Assembly: GCA_964628705.1 (NCBI GenBank)
Contig: CAZVLW010000003.1
Coordinates: 1 to 35,039 of the forward strand
From: an uncultured Gammaproteobacteria bacterium
Lineage (GTDB): Bacteria > Patescibacteriota > Patescibacteriia > UBA2196 > GWA2-42-15
Direction of reading: 5' to 3'
Length of the DNA stretch: 35,039 nucleotides
Shown here piece by piece: positions 30,792-35,039 of this stretch (positions are counted from its first letter, which is position 1; each line of letters begins with the position of its first letter). Below the pieces are notes generated by a model, which saw only the letters and a list, made by a program, of their open reading frames with translations, made no database searches and had not been told where the DNA came from. A program made the translations under genes and the position numbers.

Positions 30792-32636
30792 CTAATTAAT
30801 AGGCTTGGCTATTTGATAATATTGCAATACTCTATCAGGTGCTTCATAAATCCATGGCCATTTATAGCCCAATTTCTCAAATACGGCAGCCGACATAAAT
30901 GGCCGCACTTGACTATGATTATTTACCACATAAACCGCACTCTTGTTATATGCCTTTATTAAACTACCAACTGGAAAATACAACATCTCACCTAAAGGAT
31001 ATTTTTTCAGCTCCTCTTGGCTGACCATAATGATCTCATCCCATCTGTGACCATATGCCTCAAATGCGGCGGCTGAAACAATGGGATGTTTTTTGCCATT
31101 CTCAATATAATATACCGCGCTCTTACCAACCCTTTTAAGCAAGACTCCGTCAGGATATCTATCACCCGTGGTCAATGGACGACCTTCTTCATAGCGCCTT
31201 AATTCACTCTGACTAACATCTATTATGTTACTAAATTTAAATCTTTTTAAAGCCTTAAGGCTGTCAATACGGTGCTTTTTGCTATGTGAGACAGCATACA
31301 CCTCGCCTGATTTACGATCTCTTAATACTTTACCGTCTTTATATATCAAATCATCACCCCTGCTAATTTCATCAATTTTTTCCTGCGGTATCTCAATAAC
31401 TTTTGACCAGTCAAAATTATTATTCTCAAAAATTATAGGGGAATTGATTTGTCGTTTTTTTCCGTTTTGGATAATATATATGGCTGGCTTCCGGTCACCT
31501 TTAATTAAACTATTATTTGGATAAATAAAATCACTTTGCGCTACGCTACCCAATTTATAATCCAAAACTACTAAACCGTTTCTTGCTAAGGCTAAATAAA
31601 TATAATCTTTATCCGTGGTTGATTTCATAAGGGCAGTCAAAATCATGCCAAAATTATCCAAAAAATCAAACTCTTTTAAAATCAAATCTGGCCCTGCTGG
31701 ATTAGTAATGTCAAAAATTGTCAATTCACTGCCTCTAATGTAATACAAAAATTTATCATCCCATATACCCACACCATCAATGGCAGTAACGTCTCCCTGC
31801 TGTAGCTTAATCCTTCTCATCTCCTTTATATTATGAATATCAGCTAAATTATAGAAAACAATTTCATCATACCAACTAGACTTATCTTCTCCATCATGAT
31901 GCACTTCAAAAGTATACCCATAATCACCCTTCGTTACTATCCGCCGCTTAGCTACATCAATATTGCGCACAAAAGAAGGGTCATCTACTTCAAATAAATC
32001 AATCACATAGTTGCCCCAATCATCTCTCTCATGCGGCCAGCAAAATCCTTCTATCCGCGATGACAATAAGTACCGATGATTTAAAATATCAAACTCTATC
32101 AAACACCCGTGTTCGCGCTTAATGCCCATCTGATAATTACCGCTCAATAAAATATTATCCAAATTAGCAACATCAAAAATCTTCAAACCGTTTATTGCCG
32201 AAACTAATAAATAATTTCCTTTATATAATTTCAACTTTTTATACTCTTCATCCTCATTTAGATGGCTATCGTCTATGGTGGCGCGGTGGCTCAATTGATT
32301 GCCACTTATTATATCATAAACCTCAATGCTCTCACCTAAAGATATAAACAATAGATCTCTTTCCTTGTCTATCTCAATCCAACCACTATATGAGCCAAAA
32401 TCTTGATAATTACTCAAACGAAAATCATCAACTTCACTTATATCTATTATCTCTAATCTTTTTCTCTCATTGTTATAGGTATATAAATAATCTCCGTCTA
32501 ATATAATATTTTTATAATACAAATCACCTTTACCATACTGGCTAACTTTTTCCAAACTAAAATCACTCGCCCCTACATTTATAGGTAAAAATATCAATAA
32601 AAAAACAATGATGTGGAAAAATTTTTTAATCATCAT
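30792..32636 (-). CDS. Exported surface protein: signal peptide, probable beta-propeller region, four C-terminal repeats
   Basis: KK-hydrophobic-VGA/S signal; repeated L.I.DI.. strands (LVIVD-like); four ~60-aa repeats of Y(P)xG.LIK....AVY.I..GKK..I.S...F. Confidence 0.8.
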   Translation of the reverse strand: MMIKKFFHIIVFLLIFLPINVGASDFSLEKVSQYGKGDLYYKNIILDGDYLYTYNNERKRLEIIDISEVDDFRLSNYQDFGSYSGWIEIDKERDLLFISLGESIEVYDIISGNQLSHRATIDDSHLNEDEEYKKLKLYKGNYLLVSAINGLKIFDVANLDNILLSGNYQMGIKREHGCLIEFDILNHRYLLSSRIEGFCWPHERDDWGNYVIDLFEVDDPSFVRNIDVAKRRIVTKGDYGYTFEVHHDGEDKSSWYDEIVFYNLADIHNIKEMRRIKLQQGDVTAIDGVGIWDDKFLYYIRGSELTIFDITNPAGPDLILKEFDFLDNFGMILTALMKSTTDKDYIYLALARNGLVVLDYKLGSVAQSDFIYPNNSLIKGDRKPAIYIIQNGKKRQINSPIIFENNNFDWSKVIEIPQEKIDEISRGDDLIYKDGKVLRDRKSGEVYAVSHSKKHRIDSLKALKRFKFSNIIDVSQSELRRYEEGRPLTTGDRYPDGVLLKRVGKSAVYYIENGKKHPIVSAAAFEAYGHRWDEIIMVSQEELKKYPLGEMLYFPVGSLIKAYNKSAVYVVNNHSQVRPFMSAAVFEKLGYKWPWIYEAPDRVLQYYQIAKPIN

Positions 32637-32710
32637 AGATTTGAGCTATTAATTAATATTTTAAATTAACTGTGTCTAATTTTAACACGCAAACCTTGCT
32701 AAAAAATAAC

Positions 32711-33643
32711 CTATTTATAACACACCCCGTCTTGGCACCAACTGCCCCGCATCTTTTTGTCACATTCGGTATCGTTTTGGCATGCCACACACTCATCTCC
32801 GATATTTAGCTTAATGCGGCGTGCTTCATCAAATACCTCTCCTGTAGCTGTGTTCGTTACGTGCTGAGTTTTTCCCAAACTACAACTACAAAAATCATTA
32901 CAGTCTGCAGGTATACCTGTCGTACAAAACCTACTCCACTCTCCACCACTCTGAAAACAACGATCTTGGCGGTAACTATCAGTCAATAGCACATAATTAC
33001 CGAGCTCATAATATATGTTACCCCCGCCAAAATTGTTGTAAAGAATAGTAAATTCGTACTCTTTGTTCTCCTGTAAGCTCTTTGCCTTATTTGGATCAAA
33101 GCCCACCCGTATTTCTTTTTCTGTAATATCACCTGCGTTCTTAATACTGGCATCCTTATCGCTGGATATAATAATATGGTCAAACTGGCATGTTTTGCAC
33201 TGGGCGTCCTCTGGACACGGAGGGCATATTTCAACGTGAACCACATACCCGTCAATTCTGGCTTGGGTGGGTTTAGTAATCAATAATTCATCTTGTAGAT
33301 AAGCACTAATATCGCTAATACTATATTTCTTGGCTCTGACACTACTATCTTTAGGTGGTTTAGTTACCACAGGCTGATTTTTTAAATCATCCTGTACAAT
33401 TTCCAACTCTTCTTGGCACTCCGCGACTGATTCCTCAACCGTGCTGAGCAAACTATGGCAACTCTCAATTTGGTCTTGCTGGTGAGCGATAAATTTTACC
33501 TGACTGGAACTCACCTGAAGATAAACCAAAAAACTAACCACCACAGCTGTGATAACCGCTGATAATAATATCCACGGCCAGAGCTTTCGCTGCCTTGGCG
33601 TTGGTTCTAAAACGGAATCTGGTTGTAAATTTTCTTGGGGCAT
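32711..33643 (-). CDS. Single-TM anchored exported protein with coiled-coil stalk and Cys-rich regions (paralogue 2)
   Basis: MPQENLQPDSVLEPTPRQRKLWPWI plus TM; CPPCPEDAQCKTC; C-terminal C..D.EC......C..G.C. Confidence 0.85.
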   Translation of the reverse strand: MPQENLQPDSVLEPTPRQRKLWPWILLSAVITAVVVSFLVYLQVSSSQVKFIAHQQDQIESCHSLLSTVEESVAECQEELEIVQDDLKNQPVVTKPPKDSSVRAKKYSISDISAYLQDELLITKPTQARIDGYVVHVEICPPCPEDAQCKTCQFDHIIISSDKDASIKNAGDITEKEIRVGFDPNKAKSLQENKEYEFTILYNNFGGGNIYYELGNYVLLTDSYRQDRCFQSGGEWSRFCTTGIPADCNDFCSCSLGKTQHVTNTATGEVFDEARRIKLNIGDECVACQNDTECDKKMRGSWCQDGVCYK

Positions 33644-34702
33644 ATACTATTTATTACTAGCTCACTACCCTAATCTAAAAGTTAAAAATTTAACAAACTA
33701 AATACTAAAATAAAATCTAACTATATTACATAACTTGTTTATGTTTCACTCTGTTAATATTCCGCATTTAATTGTTATTGATCTCTTTAAATCACTACCC
33801 TGGCTACTCAATAATTTTCTATAAATATCATCTTTTCCGCCTTTATATTTATTAATTACTTGACATACTAAATTATCTCTCTGATAGCCGCTTATGCCAC
33901 TAATAGTCCCGTCTACTTTATTAACAAAACTTTTTTCAAATCCTTCCTCTTTTAAAATACCATATATATTAACCCCCTCAAAAGCTGACTCGTCCGCTAT
34001 GATCTGGTATCCATCAATATCTAAAGTTTTTAGATTGGCACATTTTAAAACGTCAATTGTGCTGTCATCCGACAAAATCAGTTCTTCCTTATACTCATCG
34101 CAATCCTTCCACTTAAAAACCGCATCCTTAATAACAAAGTCAGTACTCACCTCTAAAATAATTTTTCTTAAAAAAACATACGCCTTATCATACCCACACA
34201 GCATCACTTCACTACCCACATCACCCTGCCAAACTGGATAGCTTTGACACGATTGCCCAAAAGGACAACCTTCGTCATTTTGACACAACTGATGACACTT
34301 GCCGTCACCAATTTTACGACATTCTTTTCCGTCTCTAGTCAAACTACACCTAAGTGACAAATTACATTGATAACCCGACTGGCAGTCATTATCTGCTTTG
34401 CACGGCCGCAACCCTCCAACCTCGGTAACTTCATCTTCACTGCTTATTTTTGCTTCCTCCAGTTTTTCTCGGCACTCCGTAAGTAACCCCTTTTCCATAG
34501 CCAACAAATATTCACAACTATTAATTTGATCTTGCTGGTAAGAAACAAACTTCGCTTGACTATTACTCACCTGAAACCACACTATAGAGCCGACTATCAC
34601 CGCAGTAATAACAACCGCTAAAACAATCCACGGCCAGAGCTTTCGCTGCCTTGGCGTTGGTTCTAAAACGGAATCTGGTTGTAAATTTTCTTGGGGCATA
34701 TA
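33570..34702. repeat. 77-bp identical direct repeat covering the first 25 codons of two paralogues
   Basis: 33570-33646 equals 34626-34702. Confidence 0.95.
33746..34699 (-). CDS. Single-TM anchored exported protein with coiled-coil stalk and Cys-rich repeats (paralogue 1)
   Basis: Same N-terminus as 32711..33643; CKADNDCQSGYQC and CQNDEGCPFGQSC repeats. Confidence 0.85.
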   Translation of the reverse strand: MPQENLQPDSVLEPTPRQRKLWPWIVLAVVITAVIVGSIVWFQVSNSQAKFVSYQQDQINSCEYLLAMEKGLLTECREKLEEAKISSEDEVTEVGGLRPCKADNDCQSGYQCNLSLRCSLTRDGKECRKIGDGKCHQLCQNDEGCPFGQSCQSYPVWQGDVGSEVMLCGYDKAYVFLRKIILEVSTDFVIKDAVFKWKDCDEYKEELILSDDSTIDVLKCANLKTLDIDGYQIIADESAFEGVNIYGILKEEGFEKSFVNKVDGTISGISGYQRDNLVCQVINKYKGGKDDIYRKLLSSQGSDLKRSITIKCGILTE

Positions 34703-34778
34703 ATTATATCACTAAATTTTTACTAACCTTCAAACTTATATATAAAAATCGCCTGAATAATCATCCACTACCACTTTT

Positions 34779-34870
34779 TTATGCAACCGCTAAAACCTTT
34801 TGCTCTATTTTATTAACAGTTTCAATAGAAATAGTTCTCGGCATATAAATCATCAATTTAATGGTTAATT
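34779..34870 (-). pseudogene. aspS: Truncated duplicate of the aspS 5' end (repeat copy B)
   Basis: ATG 34844 gives MPRTISIETVNKIEQKVLAVA* versus AspS MQRTISIEIVNKIGQKVKLNG; 26 bp upstream are identical. Confidence 0.85.
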
Positions 34871-34899
34871 AATTTTCACAAAATTAACATATTCATAAA

Positions 34900-35037
34900 T
34901 CAGTTCTTCATCTTCTTTTTAACCTTTTCCTCAATTTTCTTTTCCTCTTCCGCCTCTTGTATTTCTTTTTTAAGCTCCTCTTTCTTCTTTTTCTCTTTCT
35001 CTTTTTCCTTTTCCTTAATTTCTTTTTTGACAGCTTG
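34900..35037 (-). CDS. 3' end of an upstream gene with a Lys/Glu-rich tail (partial)
   Basis: QAVKKEIKEKEKEKEKKKKEELKKEIQEAEEEKKIEEKVKKKMKN*. Confidence 0.7.
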   Translation of the reverse strand, partial: QAVKKEIKEKEKEKEKKKKEELKKEIQEAEEEKKIEEKVKKKMKN

Positions 35038-35039
35038 TT

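Noticed and set aside
30555-34870. Diversity-generating retroelement TR/VR pairs
   Set aside because: The aspS repeat mismatches are not confined to adenines of one copy, the 77-bp repeat has no mismatches, and there is no reverse transcriptase in the window.

Overview
AT-rich bacterial window, standard code 11, with essentially every gene on the minus strand. Gene content and style (DUF4012 protein, short ATP synthase delta, GAD-less AspRS, mostly SD-less housekeeping starts) suggest a Patescibacteria/CPR genome; this is inference. In increasing coordinates it holds: the heat-shock operon (dnaK 5' end, hsp20, grpE, hrcA) with a perfect CIRCE and sigma70 promoter; an ORF-free intergenic region holding a promoter-driven, highly structured ~600-670 nt RNA candidate with alternative long-range pairings; a DUF4012 membrane protein; orphans; a CPA2 cation/H+ antiporter preceded by a candidate cation riboswitch; an F1Fo operon with frameshift-split atpG; rmuC, ruvX, map, adk, rdgB; secA with a duplicated 3' end around a GC-rich palindromic insert; a prs pseudogene missed by the ORF track; murC, murG, ftsW; small hypotheticals; aspS; and a 4.2-kb block of three exported proteins bounded by a duplication of the aspS 5' end. 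Best candidates for something new: the structured RNA at ~2160-2833 and the integrase-less, gene-end-bounded insertions at aspS and secA.
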